Source of the DNA: Spirochaetia bacterium
GTDB taxonomy: Bacteria > Spirochaetota > Spirochaetia > DSM-2461
Length of the DNA: 64,000 nucleotides
Reading direction: 5' to 3'
Assembly (NCBI GenBank): GCA_963666985.2
Contig: CAXXIA010000002.1
Location: 1,568,001-1,632,000, forward strand
Shown here: piece by piece, positions 29,195 to 38,637 of the stretch
Layout of the letters: each line of letters opens with the position of its first letter
Numbering within the stretch: the first letter of the stretch is position 1
The notes under the pieces: model-generated
The model's database searches: none
Seen by the model: only the letters and a program-made list of their open reading frames with translations
What the model was told of the DNA's origin: nothing
Program-made: the position numbers and the translations under genes

Positions 29195-29593
29195 ATGAAC
29201 AAGATGTTGAAATACATCGTCATCGGCTTGCTTGCCGTATCCGGTGTTCTTCTTCTTCCTTCCTTTGGAAGGGTCCAATCCAAAAGCGATGTTCCGATCG
29301 GCATCGATATCACGGAAGAATCCTATGCGGACGGCTGCTACACCGGCGTTGCCTCGGGATTTCGGCCGGGCGTAACGGTTCAAGTGACGATAAAGAACGG
29401 AAGCATCACCGACATACAGATTGTTGATCACAACGAAGTTGGAGCCCAATACTGGCAGAAGCCCATGGAGCTGATTCCGGAAGAAATTATTGAGCGGCAG
29501 TACACGAAAGTCGATGCCGTCGGCGGCGCAACGTGTACAAGCCGGGGAATCATGTCCGCCGTTGAGAATGCATTGGAGCAGGCGAGGCAATAA
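29195..29593 (+). CDS. Exported FMN-binding protein
   Basis: DGCYTG..GF, VQVTIKNGSITDI, VDAVGGATCTS flavinylation-type motif; N-terminal TM. Confidence 0.85.
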   Translation: MNKMLKYIVIGLLAVSGVLLLPSFGRVQSKSDVPIGIDITEESYADGCYTGVASGFRPGVTVQVTIKNGSITDIQIVDHNEVGAQYWQKPMELIPEEIIERQYTKVDAVGGATCTSRGIMSAVENALEQARQ

Positions 29594-29923
29594 CGGGATC
29601 ATCACATCTCTTTGAAAAATGCCGCCCGCCGAATCGTGTTACGATTCGGCGCCATGCCGTTAACTCACATCCTACGGGCCGTACCGGAAGAAGAAGAGGT
29701 TCGGCGAGTCCCCGGCAATCCGGCGTTCGGCGGGAATAAGAAATAATCGCTTTGCGGGCCCCTTCGTCGGCTCGGCTATGCCCAATCTTTCTTTGTACCC
29801 CATCTTCACCGGCGTCAGTGATCATTTTTTACATACATTTTTCTTCAAATCGTCTATAATAATGAAGATAACCCGACCCGCCGGATTTCTCCGTATACAA
29901 CCGGCGCCGAAAAGGAGCCCCGT

Positions 29924-31672
29924 ATGGCCGAAAAAACCTCCTGGGAACGACTTAATCCCTACCGCGGTGAATTCATTAAAGGCGAATGGCCCACGATTTC
30001 GGAACAATTTCATCTCTCGGCCCATCTCTTCCCGGATGCTCCCGCCTTCACGCAGTTCTCGCCGGTAGAAGTCCGTATAACCTACAGAGAAGCACGCGAG
30101 TACATAGCCAAAATCGCCTCCTGGCTGGCCGGCAAAGGCCTTAAGAAAGGAGACCGCGTTGTCCTCACGGGCAAGAACTCTCCCTGGTGGGCCCTCGGGT
30201 ATCTGGGCACCCTGGAAGCCGGCGGCGTTATCGTCCCGCTGGACGTTCAAATGGAAGAACCCACCGCCGACAAGCTCATCGATTTCGTGGAATCCAAATT
30301 CCTCTTCGCCGACAAAGACAAACACGAAGCCTTGGGCGGAAGAAAAACAGGCGTTAAGCATAAAGTCAGCCTTACCCCCGGATTCGGCGACTTCATCGGG
30401 GATCTTCCCGCGGGAAAGAAAACCGAATTCCCCGAAGTCTTCGAAAACGATCTGGCCGCCATCCTCTTCACATCGGGAACCACCGGCATGGAAAAAGGCG
30501 TCATGCTCTCCCATAAAAACTTCATGACCGACGTATTCCAGGCCTGCCATCCGGACTTTCTTCACGCCGAACAGACGGACGTCTGGTACGCCCTTCTGCC
30601 GCTGCACCACAGCTACTGCATGACCGCCGTCTTTCTGGAAAGCATCACCCACGGATCCGAACTCGTCTTCGCCCAGGCCATCGTCGTGGACAAAATCATG
30701 AAAGATTTGGAACTCGGCCGCATCACGATGTTCATGGGAATCCCCCTGCTCTACAACAAAATCCTCAAAGGCATGATGAAGCAGGTCCGCGCCAAAGGCC
30801 TGGCGGTCCATATCATCGTCGGTCTTCTCATGCGCATCAGCGGCCTGTTCAAATTCTTCTTCAAAGTGAACATCGGTAAAAAAATCTTCGGCAACATGCT
30901 TCTTAAAAAAGCCAACCTCTACAACCTGAAATACATGATTTCCGGCGGCGGCCCCCTGGCCCCCGAAACCGTACGCCGCTACCAGCAGCTGGGACTGGAC
31001 TTCGTTCAGGGCTACGGCATGACCGAAACCGCCCCCATCTCCGCCCTGAATCCCGCTCAGGCCTTTAAAATCAAATCCGTCGGCAAAGTCCTCACCCTCC
31101 TTGAAATGACCATCAAAAACAAAGACGACGAAGGCATCGGCGAAGTCTGCGTGAAGGGCCCCATCTGCTGCCTGGGCTATTGGAAAAATCAGGAAGCCAC
31201 CGACGAACTCTTCGACGAAGAAGGCTGGCTGCACACAGGCGATTTGGGCTACCTGGACAAAGACAATTACCTCTACCTAACAGGGCGAAGCAAAAACCTC
31301 ATCGTCACCGCGGGCGGCAAGAACGTCTTCCCCGAAGAAGTCGAAGACCACTTCCAGCTCTACCACCAGATTGAGCAGATCATGGTTCGCGGATTCATGG
31401 CCGACGAAGCCACCCGCACCGAAGGCATCGAAGCCATCATCTACCCCAGCAAAGAGCATTACCAGAGCCTGGGAACCTACGAAAGCGAGTTCATCCACAA
31501 AGACATCCACCAGGCCGTGAAAACCGTCAACCGGGAAATCCTGGCTTACAAACGCATCGACCGCATCCGCATCGTCGACGAGCCTCTCCCCATGACCTCC
31601 ACGCGAAAAATCAAACGCCCCGAGGTTAATAAAATGTTTCCGATTGACCCCAAAGGAACGATTCCCGTATAA
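29924..31672 (+). CDS. Long-chain fatty acid-CoA ligase (AMP-binding)
   Basis: FTSGTTGMEKG, QGYGMTE, GWLHTGDLG, GRSKN, GKNVFPEE, TRKIKR. Confidence 0.9.
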   Translation: MAEKTSWERLNPYRGEFIKGEWPTISEQFHLSAHLFPDAPAFTQFSPVEVRITYREAREYIAKIASWLAGKGLKKGDRVVLTGKNSPWWALGYLGTLEAGGVIVPLDVQMEEPTADKLIDFVESKFLFADKDKHEALGGRKTGVKHKVSLTPGFGDFIGDLPAGKKTEFPEVFENDLAAILFTSGTTGMEKGVMLSHKNFMTDVFQACHPDFLHAEQTDVWYALLPLHHSYCMTAVFLESITHGSELVFAQAIVVDKIMKDLELGRITMFMGIPLLYNKILKGMMKQVRAKGLAVHIIVGLLMRISGLFKFFFKVNIGKKIFGNMLLKKANLYNLKYMISGGGPLAPETVRRYQQLGLDFVQGYGMTETAPISALNPAQAFKIKSVGKVLTLLEMTIKNKDDEGIGEVCVKGPICCLGYWKNQEATDELFDEEGWLHTGDLGYLDKDNYLYLTGRSKNLIVTAGGKNVFPEEVEDHFQLYHQIEQIMVRGFMADEATRTEGIEAIIYPSKEHYQSLGTYESEFIHKDIHQAVKTVNREILAYKRIDRIRIVDEPLPMTSTRKIKRPEVNKMFPIDPKGTIPV

Positions 31673-31682
31673 CTTTTTTACA

Positions 31683-31767
31683 TATGACCCCCGAAGCCGA
31701 ATCGAAACACGCCTTTCCCGAATCGTCCCCGTCCGCTCCCGCCGAAACCGGCGGCCCCTCATCGGCC
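31683..31767 (+). repeat. 85-bp direct repeat, left copy (orphan 5' end of hydrolase gene)
   Basis: Identical to 35920-36004. Confidence 0.95.
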
Positions 31768-31842
31768 TCCGGCAATCTGTAGAGAAGACTTAATTAGTTA
31801 TTGCCACAGGCGGCAAAGGGGGGAAAAATAATAGTGTTTAAT

Positions 31843-32526
31843 TTATGTATCCATCAGCAATTCAATCGTTTCCTTATGAACAGCAATTAAACCGTCTTGC
31901 CGCATTTGAGAAAGTTCCCGACTGACGGCGCTTCTGTCGGCGGAAACCGCGGAGGCTAAAACCTCCCGTGTACATCCTAATTTTACCGTTCGGCTTTTTT
32001 GTTCTTTTGAAAGATTCTCCAGCAAATACAGGAGTTTTCCTCTCAGAGTTCTCTGACTAAGCATTTGAACCTTCCTGTTCAGCATTACAATTTTTCCCGC
32101 AAGGCCATAAACAAGATTCTGTAGAATCAGTGTGTAATAAGGACAAACGCTTTGCTTTCCATTTTCCCTGGATGGTAAAGTAAGATAGAGCATAATCGAA
32201 TCACACGACGCTCTGATATCAAGAAAATCATTTATCGAAGAACTGCATACAAGCGCTTCTCCAAAAAGATCGCCTTTAATCATCCTGGAAATCAGTATTT
32301 GGTGCCCGTCAATATTAAAATGAGCGATATCAACGGCTCCTTCAAGAATAACGGCCGCGGAGGTTGGTGTTTTACCCAATTCAAATATGGTGCACCCCTT
32401 TTTAACCGCAGTTTTTTTCGCATCAAGACAAATCAAAGCTTTAGTGATTGTTAGCTCTGTAAAACCTGTAAAGAGAGGATTCTTCAGCAGTAGAGATATT
32501 TCTTCTTTCTTGAAATTTTCAAGCAT
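31843..32526 (-). CDS. Crp/Fnr family transcriptional regulator (HcpR-like)
   Basis: PLF, ILEG, GDLFGE, SQRTLRGKLL, HTH TREVLA..DRSAVSRELSQM..GLI. Confidence 0.88.
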   Translation of the reverse strand: MLENFKKEEISLLLKNPLFTGFTELTITKALICLDAKKTAVKKGCTIFELGKTPTSAAVILEGAVDIAHFNIDGHQILISRMIKGDLFGEALVCSSSINDFLDIRASCDSIMLYLTLPSRENGKQSVCPYYTLILQNLVYGLAGKIVMLNRKVQMLSQRTLRGKLLYLLENLSKEQKSRTVKLGCTREVLASAVSADRSAVSRELSQMRQDGLIAVHKETIELLMDT

Positions 32527-32536
32527 TGATCAAAAT

Positions 32537-32550
32537 GTTGTATTCGCAAT
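32537..32550. promoter_or_regulatory. Candidate autoregulatory Crp/Fnr-family site
   Basis: GTTGT-ATTC-GCAAT, degenerate copy of the 32705 palindrome, just upstream of the regulator start. Confidence 0.45.
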
Positions 32551-32704
32551 TAACATTTACTAACATTTTTATTATCTTCTAATTATGGTTTTATTTCAAT
32601 CCATCACATCATTTACCGTCTATCGGTCGGCATAAAAGGAAGGATTGAATTGAAAATTCTTAAATCACCGATATGTAGAGAATCCACGACAATCTTCTCG
32701 TTCC

Positions 32705-32749
32705 GTTGCGACCGCAACAGACCGGATTGTTAGCCATGCCTATTATAAT
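32705..32749 (+). promoter_or_regulatory. Crp/Fnr-type activator box plus -10 element
   Basis: Perfect GTTGC-GACC-GCAAC at 32705-32718 and TATTATAAT at 32741-32749, class II spacing. Confidence 0.65.
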
Positions 32750-32777
32750 TAAAAAATCTTAACGCGGGGTGTGGATA

Positions 32778-33758
32778 ATGAATAAGAAAACTCTGTCTCT
32801 ATTTTTAGCTGTCTTATTATCCGTAGGATTCTCTTTATATGCCGGCGGTTCGCAGGAAACACCGGAATCGATAACAATACTGTGCGGTGTTCCAACGGCG
32901 CCTCCGGCACTGCCTCTCCTGCACATGATCGAAACACAGGCTATGGGTGAAAATATCCGGCTTGAATACACCTTATGGACATCACCCGAACAGCTTGTTT
33001 CTATGATACAGGGCAGCGAAGGGGATATGTTTGCTTTTCCTCTGACTGTTGCCGCCAAATTGTACAACAAAGGGCTCGGCCTAACCCTTACCAATGTCAA
33101 TACTTGGGGAGTGACTTATTTCACGACGACAAATCCAAATTTTACAGATTGGCCGGATCTTAAAGACAAAACAATTTACATTCCTCTTCGTTCCTCTCCG
33201 CCGGACTGTCTGACGCAGGTGTTTCTTCAGAATGCCGGACTTGATCTTCAAGACGAAGTTGAAATTATCTACTCGACACAAGCGGAAATTGCCAATCTTA
33301 TGGCCGCTGGCAAAATCGAGTATGCCACCCAAATTGAACCTCAGTGCACCATGTCCATGATGAAAAATCCACAAATCCGCTCGGCGCTTTCCTTTACCGA
33401 TTGCTGGCGGGAATTAAAACAAACCGATAGTGATCAGCCGAATGCCGGGTGGGGAGCCCGAACATCCTTCATTGAGGAGCATCCCGAGTTAATCAAGAAA
33501 TTTGAAGAGGAATATAAAAAGTCGATTGAGTGGGTTGTCTCAAATCCGGCTGATGCCGCGCAACTCGCTCAAGAAAAACTGAACATGCCGGCGGCCGTTT
33601 TTGAAAGAGCAATTCCCCGGATGGGCATCGAATACAAAACCGCCCAGGAAGCAAAAGCCGATTGCTCTGAACTGTATGAATTGCTCTTTTCCTTTGAGCC
33701 TAAGACTATTGGAGGAAAAATCCCTGACGATGGTCTTTACTATGACGGGCAAGAATAG
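32778..33758 (+). CDS. NitT/TauT-family ABC substrate-binding protein
   Basis: Signal peptide ending AGGSQE; AAKLYNKG, NTWG, DLKDKTIY, EP, IGGKIPDDGLYY. Confidence 0.85.
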   Translation: MNKKTLSLFLAVLLSVGFSLYAGGSQETPESITILCGVPTAPPALPLLHMIETQAMGENIRLEYTLWTSPEQLVSMIQGSEGDMFAFPLTVAAKLYNKGLGLTLTNVNTWGVTYFTTTNPNFTDWPDLKDKTIYIPLRSSPPDCLTQVFLQNAGLDLQDEVEIIYSTQAEIANLMAAGKIEYATQIEPQCTMSMMKNPQIRSALSFTDCWRELKQTDSDQPNAGWGARTSFIEEHPELIKKFEEEYKKSIEWVVSNPADAAQLAQEKLNMPAAVFERAIPRMGIEYKTAQEAKADCSELYELLFSFEPKTIGGKIPDDGLYYDGQE

Positions 33759-34464
33759 AGCAAAAATCATAGCCTTTATATTTGTTATGGGGGTGTGGTG
33801 GATTTTTTCTTTTATCTATCCGCCCCTTGTTGTACCAACAATACCATCCGTATGTATGAAAATTTTTGAAATATTCACACATGCGGATCTGCTGCAAATT
33901 ATTCCGGTTACCGTTCTCCGGCTCGTTACATCACTCGCGCTGGGAACGCTGAGTGGTTTTGCCGTCGGATTCGTTTGTGGGATTTCCCGAATCCTGCGTG
34001 AAATCATCGAACCCATTATCGGGGTTCTTCAGGTTATTCCGCCGGTAGCACTTCTTATACTGGCCATTCTCTGGTTCGGATTTAATGGGAAACCGGCCAT
34101 TTTTATCACCGTTATGGCGATTTCACCAACAATGGCGATCAGTGTACAACACGGAATTTTGAATATCGATCCTAATTTAATGGAAATGGGAAGAACCTTT
34201 CGGCTTAAAAAAAGATCCGTATTCTTTAATATCCTAATTCCGTCAATTCGGCCGTCATTGGCTTCCGGATGGAGGATTTCCTTGGGACTGGCCTGTAAGA
34301 CGATAGTGATGGGAGAAGTCCTCACCACACCTACGGGGATAGGCGGAGCTTTGTCACAGGCCAGGATGAATCTAGAACCGGAAACCGTCATAGCCTGGAC
34401 GGTGATAATACTTTTTATTTTTTATCTCATAGACCGAATTACAAAAAGAAAACCTCATGCTTGA
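33742..34464 (+). CDS. NitT/TauT-family ABC permease
   Basis: TVLR, QVIPP, ILWFG, LMEMGRTF, IVMGE, GIG. Confidence 0.85.
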   Translation: MTGKNRAKIIAFIFVMGVWWIFSFIYPPLVVPTIPSVCMKIFEIFTHADLLQIIPVTVLRLVTSLALGTLSGFAVGFVCGISRILREIIEPIIGVLQVIPPVALLILAILWFGFNGKPAIFITVMAISPTMAISVQHGILNIDPNLMEMGRTFRLKKRSVFFNILIPSIRPSLASGWRISLGLACKTIVMGEVLTTPTGIGGALSQARMNLEPETVIAWTVIILFIFYLIDRITKRKPHA

Positions 34465-35152
34465 GATTAATACGTTTTCGAAGATCTACAGCGAAAAAGA
34501 ACTGAGGGTTCTTGATCATATCTCTCTTCAAGTCCACCCTTCCGAAATAGTCGTTCTAACAGGCCCTTCGGGCTGCGGTAAAACAACCCTGCTTCATGCC
34601 GTCTCCGGCAATATCAGGCATTTCGAAGGAACCATTAAAACAACATTCAACAAAATCGGTTTCGTTTTTCAGGAAGATAGACTCCTGGAATGGAAAACGG
34701 TTTTAGAAAACGTAACTCTGGTCGCACAGGAGGGAAAACGGGATAGGGCCATGGAACTTTTACATGAAGTCGGCCTTGAAGGATTCGAAAACTATTATCC
34801 CCGAGATTTAAGCGGCGGTATGAGGCAGCGCTGTGCAATAGCGCGCGCTTTATTTTATGGCTCCGACATTCTGTTGCTGGATGAACCTTTCAGATCACTT
34901 GACCATAAACTCAGTCGGGAAATGCTTAAACTTATACATAAAATCAGAACCGAAGAAAAAACAGCCGTTCTTTTTGTCACCCATGACATTGACGAAGCTG
35001 TATTGCTGGCCGACCGAATAATTGTATTAACAAAACAACCTGCAAAAATAACGGCCCAGCTTCAAATTCTTACGAACGTTGAAAAAAGAAATCCTGATTC
35101 TAGAAAATCTCTGCGCTACAAAGAACAAATCATTTCACTATTGGAGGAATAA
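34457..35152 (+). CDS. NitT/TauT-family ABC ATPase
   Basis: GPSGCGKT, FQEDRLLEW, LSGGMRQR, LLLDEPF, VTHD. Confidence 0.92.
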   Translation: MLEINTFSKIYSEKELRVLDHISLQVHPSEIVVLTGPSGCGKTTLLHAVSGNIRHFEGTIKTTFNKIGFVFQEDRLLEWKTVLENVTLVAQEGKRDRAMELLHEVGLEGFENYYPRDLSGGMRQRCAIARALFYGSDILLLDEPFRSLDHKLSREMLKLIHKIRTEEKTAVLFVTHDIDEAVLLADRIIVLTKQPAKITAQLQILTNVEKRNPDSRKSLRYKEQIISLLEE

Positions 35153-35155
35153 CTA

Positions 35156-35815
35156 ATGGAGTATATTCACAAACTTCAGAAGGCGAAAATCCTAAGCCTA
35201 TCAAAACTTCTTGAACCCTCACCCGGACAAATTTTCAGTACCGAGCTGGCAGAAAATACGATTTTCCGGCTTGAATTGTATGCTTTGGGAAAGGAAGAAT
35301 CGATAAGCGGACATAACCTTCTGGAAACAACGCTTTACCTTGTTACGGATGGGATTCTGAACATAAACGGCAACAACTTAAAAACCGGAGATTTTCAGAT
35401 CATTGAAAAATCAATCTGTTCGGAACTCAAAGCAATCGAAAACACTCAACTTTTAATCTATACGTTCATCAATGAAAAATCAGAATCCCCCATCAAACAC
35501 TTACCGCTGAATACTCCCGGCCTTTTGGCGGAACAAATTGATTTTCGAGAGCATTCGGTTTCCAGTAAAGCCGTTATACAAAAAAAGGAACTTACCTTGA
35601 CACTATTTTCTATGGATACACATGAAGGTTTAAACACACATGCCGCACCGGGAGACGCCATGGTAATACCTTTATTGGGTTCAAATCATGTAGAGATAGA
35701 TAGTGAACCCTTTGAAATAGAAAAAGGGGATTTTATCATTCTACCGGCAGGAATCCCGCATTCTTTGAAAGCCACGGCTCCATTTAAAATGCTTCTAACG
35801 GTTGTAAAGGAATAA
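35156..35815 (+). CDS. Double cupin domain protein
   Basis: LTLFS..EGLNTHAAPGDAMV, LPAGIPHSLKA..FKMLL; related N-terminal half. Confidence 0.8.
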   Translation: MEYIHKLQKAKILSLSKLLEPSPGQIFSTELAENTIFRLELYALGKEESISGHNLLETTLYLVTDGILNINGNNLKTGDFQIIEKSICSELKAIENTQLLIYTFINEKSESPIKHLPLNTPGLLAEQIDFREHSVSSKAVIQKKELTLTLFSMDTHEGLNTHAAPGDAMVIPLLGSNHVEIDSEPFEIEKGDFIILPAGIPHSLKATAPFKMLLTVVKE

Positions 35816-35919
35816 AAATGTCTCATTCTGCCCGCGAATGCACTAAGATTTTATTACCGCAAAACTTTGGACTTCGTAAAGATAAGACTCACTTCGGATT
35901 TCTCTGATAAACTAACTTT

Positions 35920-36004
35920 TATGACCCCCGAAGCCGAATCGAAACACGCCTTTCCCGAATCGTCCCCGTCCGCTCCCGCCGAAACCGGCGGCCCCTCATC
36001 GGCC
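35920..36004 (+). repeat. 85-bp direct repeat, right copy (5' end of intact hydrolase gene)
   Basis: Identical to 31683-31767. Confidence 0.95.
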
Positions 36005-36913
36005 GCCGCCTCACCCTACCCGGGACCGCCTGCCCGGCATCCCCGCACACCGGCCTCCGGCACACCCGGCGCCCGGCCTCAAACCGAAAATCTCCTCACC
36101 GCCGGGCCCATCGGCCCCCGCGATCTGGCCACTCTCCCCGCGGACCTTCCGGCCGAATACCGCCCCGAAGGCGCCCGCCGGGCCGTTCTGCTCCTTCACG
36201 GCTACACCGGAAGCCCCCTGGACATGCGCTACCTCGCCAATCGGCTGGCCGCCGCGGGCTTCGCCGTCTCTCTCCCCCGCATGCCGGGCGCCGGAACCGA
36301 AATCGCCGACCTTTCCCGCACCAACAGACGGGACTGGCGCCGCCGCGTTTACGACTCCTGGCTGGATCTTCGGGCCGAATTCGACGACATCACCATCGTC
36401 GGGTATTCCATGGGCGGCCTTTTGGCTCTGGATCTGGCCGCCGTTGTCCGTCCCCAAGCCCTCATACTCCTGGCCCCGGCGGTGGAAACGGTCGCCGGCA
36501 TCATCCCCCTCACGCCGCTCCTAATCCCTTTTAACCGCCTAATTCCCGAAATTCCCACCAACTGGAAGCCGGAAAACGAAGAAAACAACGACGCCAGAGC
36601 CCACGGCTTTCGCTACTGGGTTCACCGCGACCTTCGAAGTCTCGCCCAGTTCGCGCGGCTCCAGGCCGAAGTCCGCCGGAAGCTGCCCAAAGTGAACGCA
36701 CCGGTCTATCTCGCCTCTTCCGACGACGACGGAACGGCCGCCACCGCGCCGTCTCGAAAAACCCTGAAAAAAAGACTTCCCAACGGACTGGCCGGAACCC
36801 TCGATTTAACCGGCTGCCGCCACGACGTACCCCAGGGAGTACACAAAAAACAGGTGGCCGACACCGTCCTTGAATGGCTGAAAGCCGGCGGCCCCACGGA
36901 AAAAACCCCGTAA
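35921..36913 (+). CDS. Carboxylesterase/monoacylglycerol lipase-like alpha/beta hydrolase
   Basis: LLHGYTGSP, GYSMGG, DD, H; Pro-rich N-terminus. Confidence 0.85.
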   Translation: MTPEAESKHAFPESSPSAPAETGGPSSAAASPYPGPPARHPRTPASGTPGARPQTENLLTAGPIGPRDLATLPADLPAEYRPEGARRAVLLLHGYTGSPLDMRYLANRLAAAGFAVSLPRMPGAGTEIADLSRTNRRDWRRRVYDSWLDLRAEFDDITIVGYSMGGLLALDLAAVVRPQALILLAPAVETVAGIIPLTPLLIPFNRLIPEIPTNWKPENEENNDARAHGFRYWVHRDLRSLAQFARLQAEVRRKLPKVNAPVYLASSDDDGTAATAPSRKTLKKRLPNGLAGTLDLTGCRHDVPQGVHKKQVADTVLEWLKAGGPTEKTP

Positions 36914-37017
36914 AGAACCGAATCGGCCCCGCTGTTCTCACCCGCTTTCCCATCCGGCCGCCCGATTCGGAGATTCAGGCTCTCAACTCTTGCCGCCATT
37001 CGGCCGATAACGTTAAC

Positions 37018-37626
37018 GTGGAAGACTCAAAACCGATACTCCGCGATCTCCTCATCTCCCTTCTCGTTCTGGCCCTGGTTTTCGGCGCCCTCTTCGCGTG
37101 GGCCTGCTTCCCCAAAAACAAACCCGAATACGTCACCACCTTCGCCGACCCCAATGTCCCCGCGCCCAAAGAGCCGAAACCCGAACCGCCGGCCGAACCG
37201 GCCGAGAAAGAAATCGTCCGCTACGTCGTGAACAGCCACACCGTCCTCTACGGAGAATCCTTCTCGCTCATCACCGGCATGTACTGGGACGACGTCTTCC
37301 TCTGGCCCGATCTCTACGTCAGAAACGACATGAAATCCGAAGACCCCGACCTCATCTACCCGGATGAAATCGTCGACATCTACAACCGCCTGGGCCGCGG
37401 CGACGAATACACCCCCGCCGAAACCGAAATGATCCTCGACGCCTACATCCGCGTTTACGACCGCTTCAAAGCCCTCGGCCCGCAGAAAGACGGCTCGGCT
37501 TGGACCCTGCTCTGGTGCGGCGCCAAGTACAACCATGATTTCCTGGATCTCTACGCCCACCGCATCGACCCGGCCGATCTCGCGATGGCCCGTAAATACA
37601 TTGAAGAAGAAGGCTATCTCGACTGA
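37018..37626 (+). CDS. Membrane-anchored LysM-like domain protein
   Basis: N-terminal TM, Pro/Glu linker, HTV..GESFS.I...W..LY..N..DPDLIYP; GTG start inferred. Confidence 0.7.
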   Translation: MEDSKPILRDLLISLLVLALVFGALFAWACFPKNKPEYVTTFADPNVPAPKEPKPEPPAEPAEKEIVRYVVNSHTVLYGESFSLITGMYWDDVFLWPDLYVRNDMKSEDPDLIYPDEIVDIYNRLGRGDEYTPAETEMILDAYIRVYDRFKALGPQKDGSAWTLLWCGAKYNHDFLDLYAHRIDPADLAMARKYIEEEGYLD

Positions 37627-37699
37627 CCCCCGAAGCCGCCCCGCATTCCGCCGTCTGAAAACCACACCGAACCGACTCCGCCCGATATCAACTCGTCCC

Positions 37700-37877
37700 A
37701 AACAGGCTATTGAAAAATGCCTCGCTGTTTTGCGCCGCGAAACAGCTGTTGAAGAGATTTAGCTCGTATGCAAGGCCGCCGGAGCACAGAAAGCGCAGTG
37801 TAAATACTTTACATGAGCATTTCGAGCACCGCCGAACACCGCAAACGAGCTATAAGGTCCTTTTTCACAGCCTGTTT
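37700..37877. mobile_element. MITE-like non-autonomous element (178 bp)
   Basis: Terminal inverted repeats AAACAGGCTATTGAAAAA / TTTTTCACAGCCTGTTT; nested inner palindromes; no ORF. Confidence 0.75.
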
Positions 37878-38637
37878 AAAACGGCGGCGGCGACTCAATC
37901 ATAATCAATTCCCCGCTAAAAGGCTCCGGAAAGCAAATCGATTGGGCATGAAGCATCAATCGGCCTGCCGCCGCCGCCACATCCGGCGGCGCGTATAAGG
38001 CATCTCCGAGAATCGGAACGCCCATCTCGGCGCAGGCCAGCCGCAGCTGATGGGTTCGCCCGGTCAACGGCCGCAGTTCCAAACGAACACGTCCCTCGGC
38101 GGCCTCAAGAACCCGCCAAAGAGTAACGGCCTCCTTACCGTGCTCCGGGTCAAGAATCTGCCGAGGCCGATTCTCCGGATCGAGCCGCTGGAAGAGAACA
38201 CACCTCCCCGAGTCTCCCGCGGACGCGGTGGCGGGAAAAAGCCGCCAGCCCAAGCTCTTTCCGCCGCGCAAAGCCCCGCCGCCGGGAACCTCCTGTTCGC
38301 CGCGGCCCTCATCCGCTTCCGAAAACGGCGGCGGATCGCACAAGGCCCGCCCGCCGCGGCCGGCGGCGCAAATCGCGACATACGTCTTTTGGATTTTCCT
38401 TTCGGCGAACAAAGCGGAAAGACGCCTATGGGCCTCCGCGTCCCGGGCAAGAATCATCACCCCGGAAGTGGCCTCATCCAGCCTATGCGCTTCCCGAATC
38501 CATCCGAATTCCGCCGCGGCGCGGGCAACGGCGCAGTCCGCCTTTTGGGGACCGCGGCCGGGAACCGACAGAAGCCCGGACGGCTTGTACACGGCCAGCC
38601 AGCGCTCCTCCAAACGAAGAATTTTCAGATTCTTCAT
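37876..38637 (-). CDS. RluA-family pseudouridine synthase
   Basis: KPSGLLSVPG, HRLDEATSG, KTY, LTGRTHQLR, PILGDALY, LMLHA; ~45-aa insertion. Confidence 0.9.
   Translation of the reverse strand: MKNLKILRLEERWLAVYKPSGLLSVPGRGPQKADCAVARAAAEFGWIREAHRLDEATSGVMILARDAEAHRRLSALFAERKIQKTYVAICAAGRGGRALCDPPPFSEADEGRGEQEVPGGGALRGGKSLGWRLFPATASAGDSGRCVLFQRLDPENRPRQILDPEHGKEAVTLWRVLEAAEGRVRLELRPLTGRTHQLRLACAEMGVPILGDALYAPPDVAAAAGRLMLHAQSICFPEPFSGELIMIESPPPF

Larger units (their letters stand above)
31683..36004. mobile_element. Integrase-free AT-rich genomic islet bounded by 85-bp direct repeats
   Basis: Exact flanking duplication and sharp composition shift; five cargo genes, no mobility gene. Confidence 0.7.

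Noticed and set aside
29822..31234. 470-aa antisense ORF and similar long ones (5556-6578, 8976-10034, 48045-49403, 38050-38970)
   Set aside because: They lie opposite well-supported genes with strongly C-ending codons, which suppress antisense stops; no recognisable motifs
31683..36004. Prophage, ICE or composite transposon
   Set aside because: No integrase, transposase, relaxase, phage genes or terminal inverted repeats
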